Below the pieces are notes generated by a model that was not told the DNA's origin, did no database searches, and saw only the letters and a program-made list of their open reading frames with translations. The translations under genes and the position numbers were made by a program. From Atribacterota bacterium (GTDB taxonomy: Bacteria > Atribacterota > Phoenicimicrobiia > Phoenicimicrobiales > Stramentimicrobiaceae), in contig JAQUNC010000001.1 of assembly GCA_028717805.1 (NCBI GenBank), positions 52,269-116,268 on the forward strand: a stretch of 64,000 nt of DNA, given 5' to 3'. Shown in pieces: positions 11,338 to 22,280 of the stretch (positions are counted from its first letter, which is position 1; each line of letters starts with the position of its first letter).

Positions 11338-13275
11338 ATGGCAAAAGCAATTGGAATTGATTTAGGTACTACAAATTCGGTTGTTGCTGTTATAGAAGGC
11401 GGCAAACCTATTGTTATAGAGAATAAAGAAGGTAGTAGAACTACTCCTTCCATGGTCGCTTTTACAAAAAAAGGAGAACGATTAGTCGGTTTGTTAGCAA
11501 AAAGACAGGCAGTAACCAATTCAAAAAATACTGTCTATTCTGTTAAACGATTTATTGGAAGACGTTTCACTGATTCAGAAGTACAACAAATTAAAAAAGT
11601 TCTTTCTTATGACATAGTAGAGGGAGAACATACAGATGTACAAATAAGAATTCAGGATAAGCTTCATAGCCCACAAGAGATATCAGCAATGGTTTTACAA
11701 AAGTTAAAACAAGCAGCAGAAGATCATCTGGGAGAGGAGATTAATGACGTTGTTATTACAGTTCCTGCCTATTTTAATGATAATCAGAGAGAAGCAACTA
11801 AGGCAGCAGGGAGAATAGCTGGCTTGAATGTCTTAAGAATAATAAATGAGCCCACTGCTGCTGCCCTGGCCTATGGTCTAGATAAGAAAAAAAGTGAAAA
11901 GATTGCTGTATTTGACCTGGGAGGAGGTACTTTTGATATTTCCATTTTAGATATAGGAGAGGGTGTTTTTGAGGTCAAGTCAACTAATGGAGATACTTTT
12001 TTGGGAGGAGATGACTTGGATCAGCGAGTCATCAATTGGCTGATTGACAATTTTAAAAAGGACCAAGGTATTGACTTAGGTAAAGATCAGATGGCTTTAC
12101 AGAGATTAAAAGAAGCTGCCGAGAAAGCTAAGTGTGAACTTTCTTCTTCATTGGAAACTGAGATTAATTTACCTTTTATTACGGCTGATACCAGTGGACC
12201 AAAACACCTAAATTATACTTTAACCAGAGCTAAATTAGAACAATTGACGGAAGATCTGTTAGGAAGAACCATAGAACCATGTAAAAAGGCATTAGCAGAT
12301 GCAAAAATGACTGCTGAAGATATTGATGAAGTGATTCTAGTAGGTGGTCAAACAAGAATGCCTAAGGTTCATGAAATAGTGAAGCAAATATTTGGCAAAG
12401 AACCTCATAAGGGAGTTAATCCTGATGAAGTAGTTGCTATGGGTGCTGCTATTCAAGCTGGAAAATTAAAAGGAGAAGTTAAAGACATTCAATTATTAGA
12501 TGTTACACCATTATCCCTGGGTATAGAAACCCTTGGTGGTGTATTTACTAAATTAATTGAAAGAAATACTACTATTCCGGCATCAAGACAGCAGATATTT
12601 TCAACTGCATCTGATAGTCAAACTGCTGTTGATATTAATGTTCTTCAAGGAGAAAGACCTTTGGCGAAGGATAATACCAGTTTAGGACGTTTCCAACTGG
12701 TAGGAATTCCACCAGCACCAAGAGGAGTTCCGCAGATTGAAGTTTCTTTTGATATTGATGCCAATGGTATTCTCAAGGTTACTGCAAAGGATAAAGGTAC
12801 AGGAAAAGAGCAAAAGATTACCATTAAACATTCCAGCGGATTAACGGAAGAAGAAATTCAAAAAAAGATAAAAGAATCAGAGCAGTATGCTGAAGAAGAT
12901 AGAAAACAAAAGGAGAAGGTGGAATTACACAATCAAGCAGATAATCTAATTTACATTACTGAAAAGACTCTGAAGGATGCTGGAGATAAGATTAGTGATA
13001 GCTTGAAAAATGAAATAGGTAATCATATCACTCAATTGAGAAAAGCTATGCAGGATGACAACATAGATGAAATGAAAGCGGGTATTGAAAAATTAACCAA
13101 TTCTTCTCATAAAATGGCTGAAGAGATGTATAAGCAGTCTTCAACTCAACAAGAACAACATACTCATTCTGGTAGCTCTTCTGACCAACAATCAGAGGGA
13201 GAACAGGAAGCACAAAAGGATGAAAAGGTATTTGATGCTGAATATAAAGAAGAGGATGGAGACAATACTAAATAA
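11338..13275 (+). CDS. dnaK: Chaperone DnaK (Hsp70)
   Basis: [22 protein letters not shown] and [11 protein letters not shown] motifs; 645 aa; strong aaggagg RBS. Confidence 0.97.
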   Translation: MAKAIGIDLGTTNSVVAVIEGGKPIVIENKEGSRTTPSMVAFTKKGERLVGLLAKRQAVTNSKNTVYSVKRFIGRRFTDSEVQQIKKVLSYDIVEGEHTDVQIRIQDKLHSPQEISAMVLQKLKQAAEDHLGEEINDVVITVPAYFNDNQREATKAAGRIAGLNVLRIINEPTAAALAYGLDKKKSEKIAVFDLGGGTFDISILDIGEGVFEVKSTNGDTFLGGDDLDQRVINWLIDNFKKDQGIDLGKDQMALQRLKEAAEKAKCELSSSLETEINLPFITADTSGPKHLNYTLTRAKLEQLTEDLLGRTIEPCKKALADAKMTAEDIDEVILVGGQTRMPKVHEIVKQIFGKEPHKGVNPDEVVAMGAAIQAGKLKGEVKDIQLLDVTPLSLGIETLGGVFTKLIERNTTIPASRQQIFSTASDSQTAVDINVLQGERPLAKDNTSLGRFQLVGIPPAPRGVPQIEVSFDIDANGILKVTAKDKGTGKEQKITIKHSSGLTEEEIQKKIKESEQYAEEDRKQKEKVELHNQADNLIYITEKTLKDAGDKISDSLKNEIGNHITQLRKAMQDDNIDEMKAGIEKLTNSSHKMAEEMYKQSSTQQEQHTHSGSSSDQQSEGEQEAQKDEKVFDAEYKEEDGDNTK

Positions 13276-13320
13276 TAGCTACCGGCTATAAAAGAAATAA
13301 TAAACTATATGAACTTTAAA

Positions 13321-13373
13321 ATCTTGCTGAATTTCTGGAGAAAATAATATTTTATCCAGAAATTCAGCAAGAT
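13321..13373 (+). terminator. Perfect 18-bp inverted repeat with a 17-nt loop between dnaK and dnaJ, a likely partial terminator or mRNA processing/stability hairpin
   Basis: atcttgctgaatttctgg...ccagaaattcagcaagat. It is followed by an AU-rich tract rather than a clean U-run. Confidence 0.4.
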
Positions 13374-13414
13374 AAGCTTATATATACTTATATTTTACTA
13401 AAGGGGTTTTTACT

Positions 13415-14566
13415 TTGGCTAGCAAGGATTATTACCAAATATTGGGAATTAACAAAGATGCTAATCAGGAAGAAATAAAGAAAGCATATCGTAAATTAGC
13501 TTTAAAATATCATCCAGATGCAAATCCTGATAAGAAGGAAGAGGCAGAAAAAAAATTTAAAGAGATAGGTGAAGCTTACGCTGTTTTAAGTGATCCGGAA
13601 AAGAGAGCTAGATATGACCAGTTTGGCTCTGCTGATACTTCCAATTTTGGTGCCGGATTTGACTTTAGAAACTTTTACGGTGAAGGAATGGATGATTTTA
13701 GTAGCTTTAGTGACATCTTTGAAAGTTTCTTTGGTGGTGGTACTCGTAGAACTTATCGCCGTGATAGAGCTAAAAAAGGAGCTGATTTAAGGTATAACCT
13801 AGAAATAACTTTAAAAGAAGCTGCTTTTGGAGCAGAAAAAAAGATTGAAATACCGGTTTGGCAAACATGCAGTAACTGTAAGGGAAGCGGAGCAGAACCA
13901 GGAACGACAAAAAAAACCTGTCCTGATTGTAAGGGAAGTGGAGAGATTAGGATTACTCAAAACACTTTTTTTGGTCAAACCATTAATATTCAAACTTGCC
14001 CCAGATGTAAGGGGGAGGGTAAGATTATAGAAACACCCTGTAGAGTCTGTCGTGGTTCTGGAAAGGTAAAGAAAAGAAAAACAATAAACATCAAAATTCT
14101 GGCTGGTGTGGAAAGTGGGCATCGTCTCAGACTGGCCGGTTTAGGAGAACCTGGTGAAAACGGTGGCCCTTCGGGAGACTTATTTATAGTTCTGTATGTT
14201 AAAGAGCATCCCATATTTAAACGAAGTGGGGCAGATATTTATTGTGACCATAAAATTAGCTTACCCAAAGCAATTTTAGGCGGAGAAACTACAGTTCCCA
14301 CTTTAGAGGGCAATGTTAAAATGCGTATACCAGCAGGGACTCAGAGTGATACTGTTTTTCGATTACGGGATAAAGGTGCTTATGTTCTTGGTTCTAAAAA
14401 TAGAGGAGATGAGCAAGTCAGGGTGATCGTAGAAATTCCTAAAAACTTAAATGCTAAGACAAAAAGATTGATTTATGAATTAGCCCAGGTAATGGGAGAA
14501 AATATTGACCAAATTGGTGAAAAAAATTTTTTTGAAAAGGTAAGAGATTCTTTTACCAAAAAATAA
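13415..14566 (+). CDS. dnaJ: Chaperone DnaJ (type I: J domain, G/F region, four CxxCxGxG zinc-finger repeats)
   Basis: [32 protein letters not shown] domain. The four repeats are [24 protein letters not shown] and [11 protein letters not shown] start 7 nt after aaagggg. Confidence 0.95.
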   Translation: MASKDYYQILGINKDANQEEIKKAYRKLALKYHPDANPDKKEEAEKKFKEIGEAYAVLSDPEKRARYDQFGSADTSNFGAGFDFRNFYGEGMDDFSSFSDIFESFFGGGTRRTYRRDRAKKGADLRYNLEITLKEAAFGAEKKIEIPVWQTCSNCKGSGAEPGTTKKTCPDCKGSGEIRITQNTFFGQTINIQTCPRCKGEGKIIETPCRVCRGSGKVKKRKTINIKILAGVESGHRLRLAGLGEPGENGGPSGDLFIVLYVKEHPIFKRSGADIYCDHKISLPKAILGGETTVPTLEGNVKMRIPAGTQSDTVFRLRDKGAYVLGSKNRGDEQVRVIVEIPKNLNAKTKRLIYELAQVMGENIDQIGEKNFFEKVRDSFTKK

Positions 14567-14581
14567 ATTTTGGTGAAATAA

Positions 14582-15898
14582 GTGACCTATAAAGTTGCCT
14601 TTAAAACTATAGGCTGTAAAGTAAATCAATACGAAACAGGTACTCTAAGACAGTCATTTATCAAAAATGGCTATCAGGTTGTTGAATTCCGAGATAATGC
14701 CGATATATATATTATTAACACCTGCTCTGTTACTGGGGAGGCCGAAAGAAAATCAAAGCAAATAATTAGAAGGGCAATCCGATTAAATCCCCTAGCTACC
14801 ATTATTGTAACTGGATGTGCAGTACAATCTAATTTACCTGAAATCAAGAAATGCAAAAATATCTCCTTAATTGTCGGAAACAGCTATAAAGAAGAAATTT
14901 TTAATATTATCAATCAGATACAATTAGCTGAAGAACAACAATTAATTTATATTAGTTCCCCAGAAAAAATTATCAGTTTTACAGAAAGTAAATATGATAG
15001 TGCCTCAAACCGTATTCGTGGATTGGTTAAAATACAGGATGGGTGCAACCAATTTTGCAGTTATTGCATTGTTCCCTATCTTCGTGGTCGAGCTAGAAGC
15101 AGGTCTATTAATCTAATATTATCTGAAATCAGGAATTTAAGCAGAAAGGGGTATAAAGAAGTTATTTTGCTGGGCATCAACCTGGGTAGTTTTGGCTCTG
15201 ATTTAAATAATACCAAAATAAATCTGATAAAATTAATTAGTAAAATAGAAAGTATTCCCAATATTGAGAGAATACGTTTGAGTTCTATAGAATTACCTTA
15301 TATTAACAAGGATCTTATTGATGCCTTTTATTACAACCCAAAGCTCTGTCATCATCTTCATATTCCTTTGCAAAGTGGTGATAACAGAATACTCTCTCTT
15401 ATGCATAGGAAATATACCACTGAACAATTTAGCAACATTATTGACTCAATTAAGGAGCAAATCCCTGATGTAGCTATTACTACAGACGTTATTGTTGGAT
15501 TTCCAGGTGAAGATGAAGAAGCATTTCAGAATACTATAAATTTAGTAAAAAAGATCGGCTTTAGTAAGGTACATGTTTTCCCTTATTCGGCGAGAAGACT
15601 TAACCTATCCTCATTTTTACCTGATAAAATTGATGAAAAGGTAATAAAAAATAGAAGTAGACAGCTAATTAATTTTTCAAAACAAATTGCCGGAGATTAT
15701 ATACGAAAAAGTCTTGGAAAAGAAAAGAATGTGTTAATTGAATTTCGAGGACAAGTTAAAAACGAAAGTTTTGTTTATGGTTTGACTGATAATTATATTA
15801 AAGTTTATATCTATGATGAAAATACTGAAAAGGGTCGCCTAATTAAAGTTAAAATAATTCAAGTTAATGATAGTTATGCAGTGGGGAAACCATTATAA
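14582..15898 (+). CDS. mtaB: Radical SAM methylthiotransferase of the MtaB/RimO family (tRNA t6A37 methylthiotransferase-like)
   Basis: UPF0004 N-terminus VAFKTIGCKVNQYETG, radical SAM CNQFCSYC motif, and a TRAM-like C-terminus. Its position downstream of dnaJ matches the B. subtilis yqeV locus. GTG start. Confidence 0.7.
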   Translation: MTYKVAFKTIGCKVNQYETGTLRQSFIKNGYQVVEFRDNADIYIINTCSVTGEAERKSKQIIRRAIRLNPLATIIVTGCAVQSNLPEIKKCKNISLIVGNSYKEEIFNIINQIQLAEEQQLIYISSPEKIISFTESKYDSASNRIRGLVKIQDGCNQFCSYCIVPYLRGRARSRSINLILSEIRNLSRKGYKEVILLGINLGSFGSDLNNTKINLIKLISKIESIPNIERIRLSSIELPYINKDLIDAFYYNPKLCHHLHIPLQSGDNRILSLMHRKYTTEQFSNIIDSIKEQIPDVAITTDVIVGFPGEDEEAFQNTINLVKKIGFSKVHVFPYSARRLNLSSFLPDKIDEKVIKNRSRQLINFSKQIAGDYIRKSLGKEKNVLIEFRGQVKNESFVYGLTDNYIKVYIYDENTEKGRLIKVKIIQVNDSYAVGKPL

Positions 15899-15965
15899 TA
15901 AGAATATTCTATAATATAAAGCAGGTATTGATGGGAATTTAATAATATGTATTAAAATTAAGATT

Positions 15966-15993
15966 TTGATATTTTTTATTTCTATGTTATAAT
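15966..15993 (+). promoter_or_regulatory. Near-consensus sigma-A promoter (TTGATA, 16-bp spacer, TGtTATAAT) in the nusA leader region
   Basis: -35 at 15966-15971; extended -10 TGtTATAAT at 15985-15993. Confidence 0.45.
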
Positions 15994-16023
15994 GTTATAA
16001 ATTTTAAAAACATCTTAATCTAG

Positions 16024-16057
16024 AAAAGAGTGGTTTGTGAACCACTCTTTTGTTTTG
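16024..16057 (+). terminator. Intrinsic terminator: 12-bp stem, 4-nt loop, then a U tract
   Basis: aaaagagtggtt-tgtg-aaccactctttt followed by gtttt. It sits about 30 nt downstream of the promoter above and 125 nt downstream of the mtaB stop. Confidence 0.6.
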
Positions 16058-16280
16058 TAATTCTATTTAACTATGCAAACTAATGCTTTGAAAGGTATTA
16101 ATGGTTAAATAACAGGACTCCTGTTTACTAACTTATTCTAATAGTAAACTATAGAGAAAGATGATATTATTAAGTTTTGAACAAAAGTTATTTTATTTAA
16201 GGAATAGAAGATAAGAAAAGGGACAAGTAAAAATACTCCAGTCTTCCCATATTATATAGGGGAGGAGGTTAATAAATATT

Positions 16281-17366
16281 ATGAACATTGATCTGATTAA
16301 AATACTTGATGAAATTGAAAAAGAAAAAGGTATCCCCAAAGAAGTTATATTGGATGCTATTGAGATATCTCTTGTTTCTGCTTATAAGAAAAATTTTGTT
16401 CAGGGAAAGGATACTGTAGAGATAAACATTGATAAAGAAAGTGGAAAGGTACAAGTGTTATCTAAAAAAATAGTAGTTGAGGAGGTCAAAAAGCCAAATT
16501 TAGAAATTGATATGGGGCAAGCTCAACAGTATAAAAAAGGAAATATTAAATTAGGAGATGAAATTAACGTTGAAATAACTCCGGAAGAATTTGGTCGGAT
16601 TGCTACTCAAACTGCTAAACAAGTTATTGTTCAAAAGATAAGAGAAGCAGAGAGAAAGGCAATATATGAAAGATATATTGATAAAGTTAGGGATATTGTG
16701 ACAGGAATTGTTCAACGTCAGGAACATTACAATTATATAATAGATTTAGGTAAAACAGAAGCTATCTTACCACCTAATGAGCAAGTAAAAAGCGAGGCTT
16801 ATAACAAAGGTAAGAGAATGAAGTTTTATGTAGTTGAAGTTAAAAAAACTTCAAAAGGACCTAGAATTATACTTTCTCGAACTCATCCTGATCTTCTAAA
16901 GCGCTTATTTGAGCTAGAAGTCCCTGAAATTCATGAAGGATTAGTAGAAATTAAGCAGATTGCCAGGGAAGCAGGAAAAAGGTCTAAAATTGCCGTTACC
17001 AGTAGAGATAATATGGTTGATTCAATCGGTTCCTGTATTGGAGACCGAGGTTCAAGAATTAAATCAATAATGACCGAACTTCAAGAAGAAAAAATAGACA
17101 TTATTAAATGGCATGAAGATGATAAGATATTTATTGCTAATTCTCTTAATCCAGCAAAAGTATTGTTGGTTAAATTGTTTGAAAAAGAAAAAAGGGCTTT
17201 AGTTGTAGTTAATGATCAACAACTATCTTTGTCTATTGGTAAAGAGGGACAGAATGCTCGCTTAGCTGCTAAGTTAACAGGCTGGAAGATTGATATAAAA
17301 AGTGAATCGCAATACAAGCAGGAAAATAATATCGAACAGAGTGTAGATTTAAGCAAAATGGCATAA
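16281..17366 (+). CDS. nusA: Transcription termination/antitermination factor NusA (short form, S1 plus two KH domains)
   Basis: MNIDLIKILDEIEKEKGIPKEVILDAIE N-terminus, 361 aa, with a gggaggagg RBS. Confidence 0.95.
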   Translation: MNIDLIKILDEIEKEKGIPKEVILDAIEISLVSAYKKNFVQGKDTVEINIDKESGKVQVLSKKIVVEEVKKPNLEIDMGQAQQYKKGNIKLGDEINVEITPEEFGRIATQTAKQVIVQKIREAERKAIYERYIDKVRDIVTGIVQRQEHYNYIIDLGKTEAILPPNEQVKSEAYNKGKRMKFYVVEVKKTSKGPRIILSRTHPDLLKRLFELEVPEIHEGLVEIKQIAREAGKRSKIAVTSRDNMVDSIGSCIGDRGSRIKSIMTELQEEKIDIIKWHEDDKIFIANSLNPAKVLLVKLFEKEKRALVVVNDQQLSLSIGKEGQNARLAAKLTGWKIDIKSESQYKQENNIEQSVDLSKMA

Positions 17367-17404
17367 AGAATTGCTAAATTAAAATACAATTTTATTGAAA
17401 GAAT

Positions 17405-17716
17405 ATGAAGAAAAAACAATTCCCAAAGATACCATATAGGACATGTATAGGATGTCAAGAAAAAAAACCGAAAAGAGATTTATTAAGAATTATTAGAACA
17501 CCTGATGGTGTTGTTGAAATTGATGAAACAGGTAAGAAATCAGGCCGTGGAGCATATTTATGTTATAATAAAACATGCTTCCAAGAAGCTATCAAAAAAA
17601 AGAGATTAGGAAAAGCATTAAAAATTGAACTTTCGATAGTAATAGTTCAAGAATTAGAAAAAAGGTTTAATTTAATAGAAAAGAATCAGAGTGATAATAC
17701 AAGTATTCCAAACTAG
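17405..17716 (+). CDS. ylxR: YlxR/RnpM family RNA-binding protein (DUF448)
   Basis: PYRTCIGCQEKKPKRDLLRIIRTPDGVVEIDETGKKSGRGAYLC motif, located between nusA and infB. Confidence 0.8.
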   Translation: MKKKQFPKIPYRTCIGCQEKKPKRDLLRIIRTPDGVVEIDETGKKSGRGAYLCYNKTCFQEAIKKKRLGKALKIELSIVIVQELEKRFNLIEKNQSDNTSIPN

Positions 17717-17785
17717 GCATTAGTAGATTAGTTAGAGAGCAATATTTTCTTGTTTACAAGCCGGTTGAGATGGAGGTCAATGTGT

Positions 17786-19720
17786 ATGAAAAAAAGAGTA
17801 TATGAAGTAGCTGAGGATTTAAAAATCCCTACAAAGGAATTAATTGACTTTTTAGCAAAGGAAGGAATTAATGTTAAAAATCACATGAGTACCCTTGATG
17901 ATGAGATAATTGAAATTATTAAGGAAGCTATCACTGAGGAAAGAAAAAAAGAGAAAAAAGTAGGAAATGAAGAAAGTAGTGTACTCGTATTGAATAAATT
18001 ACCAAGCTTAAAAGAGTTATCAATACAACTCAATTTATCTTTATCAAAAGCAATGCAACAAGCTTCTAAATTTGGTAAAATACAATCTATTGACAGAGAA
18101 TTACCATGGGAAATTGTTGAAAAAATATGTCAACAGCACAATATAAAGATAAATATATCCAGTAAACTAAAAAAGTTACTCAAAACTAAGTACACTAAAG
18201 ATATTAAACCTCTATCGACAGCTAAATCACCAGTTATTACTATTGTTGGTCATGTTGATCATGGCAAAACAACCCTACTTGATGTAATTAGAAAATCAAA
18301 CATCACCAAAAAGGAAGTAGGTGGTATTACCCAACATATTGGGGCTTATGTGGTTAATCTAAATAATAATCGATTTGTTTTTATTGATACCCCAGGGCAT
18401 GAAGCCTTTACCACTATGCGAGCCCGCGGTGTGAAGGCAACAGATATTGTAGTATTGGTCGTAGCTGCAGATGATGGTGTTATGCCACAAACTGTTGAAG
18501 CAATTAATCATGCCCGAGCAGCTAACGTTCCTATCATCATAGCCATAAACAAGATTGATAAAGCAAATGCTAATATAGATAAGGTAAAAAAAGATCTCTC
18601 TAAATATCAGTTAGTTCCAGAAGATTGGGGAGGAGACACTCTTATAGCTGAAATATCTGCTTTGCAGAAAAAGGGTATCGATGAGTTGTTAGAATTAATA
18701 TCTCTTCAAGCAGAAATATTAGAGCTAAAAGCTAATCCACAGCTCCCTGCTACTGGAGTTGTGATAGAAACTAAACTGGATAAGAGAAAAGGCGTTCTGG
18801 CAACTATTTTAATCCAAGATGGTCATCTGAAAATTGGCGATAATTTTGTTGTTGGAACTGCTTATGGAAAAGTTAGAAATATGATTGATGATATGGGAAA
18901 ACATCTTACCCAGGCAGGTCCTTCTACTCCAGTGGAAATAGCCGGTTTTAATAAAATGCCCATGGCTGGAGATATATTTCAAGTAGTTTCTAATGATCAT
19001 TTTGCCAAAATAATAATCAGTGAAAGGGAACTAGAAGAAAAACGAAAACAAAAAAAGGAAGAAGAGAAAGTTTCTCTGGAACGATTATTTGAAGAAATGA
19101 AAAAAGGTAAAATTAAAGAGTTAAATATTATCTTGAAAGCCGATACACAGGGATCTTTAGATGCTATTAAAGAAACTCTGTCTACTTTGAGCAATGAAGA
19201 GGTCGAAGTTAGAATAATTCATGGAGGTATTGGCACAATTACAGAAACAGATATTATGCTTGGTTCTGCTTCAAACGCTTTAGTTATAGGATTTAATGTA
19301 GCAGTGGACCACAATACTCAAAAGCTTGCCAAAAATGAAAAGATTGAAATTAGAACTTATAATATAATATATGATTTGATTGACGAAGTTAAGGCAGCAT
19401 TAAAAGGATATTTAAAACCCCAATTGGAAGAGGTAACCAATGGTATAGCTGAGGTGAGAGAAATATTCAAAATACCTAAGATTGGAGTTGTTGCTGGATG
19501 TTATGTTATTGAAGGAAAAATATCGACAAAAGACATCATCCGTGTTTTTCGTAAAGGGCAGAAATTATATGATGGAAAAGATTTTTCCTTAAAACGCTTT
19601 AAGGAAGATGTAAAGGAAGTAAATTCCGGATATGAGTGTGGTGTTCATATAGAAAAGTTTGATGACTTGCAAGTACAAGATAATATTGTTTTTTATAATT
19701 TTCAAGAAGTTACTAAATAA
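17786..19720 (+). CDS. infB: Translation initiation factor IF-2
   Basis: [12 protein letters not shown] and DTPGHEAF G-domain motifs. The ATG at 17786 lies 9 nt after GGAGG. The six-frame ORF extends upstream to 17750. Confidence 0.95.
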   Translation: MKKRVYEVAEDLKIPTKELIDFLAKEGINVKNHMSTLDDEIIEIIKEAITEERKKEKKVGNEESSVLVLNKLPSLKELSIQLNLSLSKAMQQASKFGKIQSIDRELPWEIVEKICQQHNIKINISSKLKKLLKTKYTKDIKPLSTAKSPVITIVGHVDHGKTTLLDVIRKSNITKKEVGGITQHIGAYVVNLNNNRFVFIDTPGHEAFTTMRARGVKATDIVVLVVAADDGVMPQTVEAINHARAANVPIIIAINKIDKANANIDKVKKDLSKYQLVPEDWGGDTLIAEISALQKKGIDELLELISLQAEILELKANPQLPATGVVIETKLDKRKGVLATILIQDGHLKIGDNFVVGTAYGKVRNMIDDMGKHLTQAGPSTPVEIAGFNKMPMAGDIFQVVSNDHFAKIIISERELEEKRKQKKEEEKVSLERLFEEMKKGKIKELNIILKADTQGSLDAIKETLSTLSNEEVEVRIIHGGIGTITETDIMLGSASNALVIGFNVAVDHNTQKLAKNEKIEIRTYNIIYDLIDEVKAALKGYLKPQLEEVTNGIAEVREIFKIPKIGVVAGCYVIEGKISTKDIIRVFRKGQKLYDGKDFSLKRFKEDVKEVNSGYECGVHIEKFDDLQVQDNIVFYNFQEVTK

Positions 19721-19725
19721 TTAAA

Positions 19726-20007
19726 ATGCTAGTCGGTATATGTGAAATTATTATATATTTACCAAATAGTCATTCTTTGAAAGACAAAAGAAGTATTCTG
19801 GAAAGCTATAAGGCTTCCTTGAGAAAAAAATATAACATATCTATTGCAGAAATCGATCAGAAAAATATATGGAAGAAAAGTATTATGGGAATTGTTTGTA
19901 TCAGTGACAATCGTGGAGCAATTGACCATATATTTCAAAAAATAATTAGGATTACTGAAAATCATTCTGAAATACAACTGCTTAATTATCGAATTTCTGT
20001 TAATTAG
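19726..20007 (+). CDS. DUF503 family protein (YlxP-like)
   Basis: 93 aa in the conserved position between infB and rbfA. Confidence 0.7.
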   Translation: MLVGICEIIIYLPNSHSLKDKRSILESYKASLRKKYNISIAEIDQKNIWKKSIMGIVCISDNRGAIDHIFQKIIRITENHSEIQLLNYRISVN

Positions 20008-20048
20008 ATAAAACAAAATCTAAGACTATACAATGGATAATTAGAAAA

Positions 20049-20429
20049 ATGGTTTTAGAACAAAAAAAGAAACATTTTGAAAAATTATTAAAAAGAAATA
20101 TAAGTCATATAATATATAGAAATACAAAAGATCCCCGTATTGGCTTTGTCACTGTAACCAGAATTACCCTATCCAATGACTTGCATAATGCAAAAGTATA
20201 TATTTCTATTCTGGGAAGTAAAGAAGAACAGGACAGAAGTCTAAAAGGTCTCTACAGTGCAACTAAATTTATAAGGGCAGAATTAGCACATGAGCTTAAG
20301 GGATATCGCTTTACGCCATCTATATCTTTTCACTTTGATAAGGAATTAGAAAAAGTACATCAACTTATGATAAAAGTCAGTAATTTGGAGAAGGAGAACG
20401 AAGATAGGGAAAAACAAAATGCAGAATGA
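20049..20429 (+). CDS. rbfA: Ribosome-binding factor A
   Basis: RIGFVTVTRITLSNDLHNAKVYISILG KH-like motif, 126 aa. Confidence 0.9.
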   Translation: MVLEQKKKHFEKLLKRNISHIIYRNTKDPRIGFVTVTRITLSNDLHNAKVYISILGSKEEQDRSLKGLYSATKFIRAELAHELKGYRFTPSISFHFDKELEKVHQLMIKVSNLEKENEDREKQNAE

Positions 20430-21426
20430 GAAAATATGCGAAATTGCCAGATTATTTAAAAAATACCATAACTTCATCATTACTTCTCATGTAAACTTAG
20501 ATGGTGATGCCCTGGGTTCAGAGCTAGCCTTATATTTTATGCTTAAACAGCTTGGAAAAGAAGTGAAGATTGTTAATCAAGACAAAGTACCATATATTTA
20601 TAAATTTATGCCAGGAATAGATGAGATTATCAACAGTGTTGAGCTTGATAAAAATTATGTTTTAGAAATTAAAAGTGATACAGTATTAGTGGTTCTTGAT
20701 TCAAGTAATTTAGAAAGAATTGGTAGCATACCTTTAGAAATTGATAAAATTAATATTATTGTAAATATTGATCATCATCCCAGTAACACATATTTTGGCC
20801 ATATTAATTATATTGATATTAATTCTTCCTCAGTTGGCGAGATTCTCTTTAAACTGAGCAAGGAGATGAATTGTCAATTAACAGAGCAAATAGCAATTCC
20901 CTTATTTACGGCAATAGTTACTGATACAGGTTCTTTTCGCTATGCTAATACCAGGGCTAAGACATTCCAAACTGCCTTTCATTTAGTTAAATCCGGAGTT
21001 AATCCTCACTTAATTACTAATTATATTTATAATAATAATGAATTATCCAGTCTAAAATTATTAGGAGAAGCGCTTCTAAAATTACAAGTTGACAAGAACT
21101 CAAGGATTTCCTGGACTATAGTTACCAGAGAAATGATAGATAAGAACTTGGCAAAAGAAGAAGAAACAGAGGGTATTGTTGATAGAATACTTTCAATCAA
21201 GAAAGTACAGATTTCGGTATTATTCAGGGAAACTAAAGAGGGAAAGACAAAAATCAGTTTCCGCTCTAAAAGTAGGTTTAATGTAGACCAATTTTCTCGA
21301 ATATTTGGTGGAGGTGGTCACCCCAATGCAGCAGGTTGTCAATTAGAGGGAAACATGAATGCCATAGTTGATACAGTAATTGGAAGATTGAAAAAAGCGC
21401 TTGACGATTGTAATTTTAATCAGTGA
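20419..21426 (+). CDS. nrnA: DHH/DHHA1 family phosphoesterase, NrnA-like (oligoribonuclease/pAp phosphatase)
   Basis: DHH motif (NIDHHPSN) and DHHA1 GGGGHPNAAG motif; 335 aa. Confidence 0.75.
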   Translation: MQNEKICEIARLFKKYHNFIITSHVNLDGDALGSELALYFMLKQLGKEVKIVNQDKVPYIYKFMPGIDEIINSVELDKNYVLEIKSDTVLVVLDSSNLERIGSIPLEIDKINIIVNIDHHPSNTYFGHINYIDINSSSVGEILFKLSKEMNCQLTEQIAIPLFTAIVTDTGSFRYANTRAKTFQTAFHLVKSGVNPHLITNYIYNNNELSSLKLLGEALLKLQVDKNSRISWTIVTREMIDKNLAKEEETEGIVDRILSIKKVQISVLFRETKEGKTKISFRSKSRFNVDQFSRIFGGGGHPNAAGCQLEGNMNAIVDTVIGRLKKALDDCNFNQ

Positions 21427-21461
21427 TATTATTTTTTTAGTACCCCCTCCCTTTTTTTATT

Positions 21462-22205
21462 ATGAAAGATGGTATTTTAATTATTGATAAGCCTGAAGGA
21501 ATTTCTTCAGCAAAGACAGTTTTTAAAATAAAAAAAGTGCTAAATCTAAGTAAAGCCGGACATACTGGAACATTAGATCCTTTTGCTACCGGAATACTGG
21601 TTATATGTTTGGATAATACTACAAAAAAAGCTGTTTTTTTTTCTAATTTGGATAAAACATATTTAGGTACAATGATACTTGGTATTTCCACTGATACTCA
21701 GGATTTAACAGGTAAGGTAATAAAAGTAAATACTAGAAAGAACTATAGATTAAGCGCAGATGAAATTAAAAGTGTTTTTAAAATGTTTCATGGTGAAATA
21801 TGGCAAACGCCTCCAATGTTTTCAGCCATAAAGTCTAAGGGGAAACCGGTTTACCTATTAGCCAGAAAGGGTATCCAGATAAAGCTTATTCCTCGAAAAG
21901 TAAAAATATTTCAGTTAAATCTATTAGATGCGAGGTGGGATCGATACCCCAGTATTAGTTTTAAAGTTCAGTGCTCTAAAGGAACTTATATTAGGACATT
22001 GTGTAATGATATCGGAGAATATTTGGGGTATGGAGCATATATGTCCAATCTAAGAAGAATTCAAGTTGGAAAAATTGCTCTCAAGCAAGCTATTCCATTA
22101 AATAAATTTATAAAGCTACCATTTGAAAAACAAAAGAAACATATATTACCTTTTGATAAGATTTTAAACTATATTTCCACTAAAGAAGAGGAAGTATACA
22201 GTTAA
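21462..22205 (+). CDS. truB: tRNA pseudouridine(55) synthase TruB
   Basis: GILIIDKPEGISSAKTV...GHTGTLDPFATGILVIC catalytic-Asp motif. Confidence 0.9.
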   Translation: MKDGILIIDKPEGISSAKTVFKIKKVLNLSKAGHTGTLDPFATGILVICLDNTTKKAVFFSNLDKTYLGTMILGISTDTQDLTGKVIKVNTRKNYRLSADEIKSVFKMFHGEIWQTPPMFSAIKSKGKPVYLLARKGIQIKLIPRKVKIFQLNLLDARWDRYPSISFKVQCSKGTYIRTLCNDIGEYLGYGAYMSNLRRIQVGKIALKQAIPLNKFIKLPFEKQKKHILPFDKILNYISTKEEEVYS

Positions 22206-22280
22206 ATCTCTTTTATAAAAATCATGAAGCCACTAGTAAGTGGGTATGATATTTGCTGAATAAGGATTAATAAGAATTGC

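Noticed and set aside
19759-20016. 85-aa minus-strand ORF overlapping the DUF503 gene
   Set aside because: The plus-strand DUF503 ORF fits the conserved infB-DUF503-rbfA synteny and starts right after the infB stop. The antisense ORF is an AT-rich artefact.
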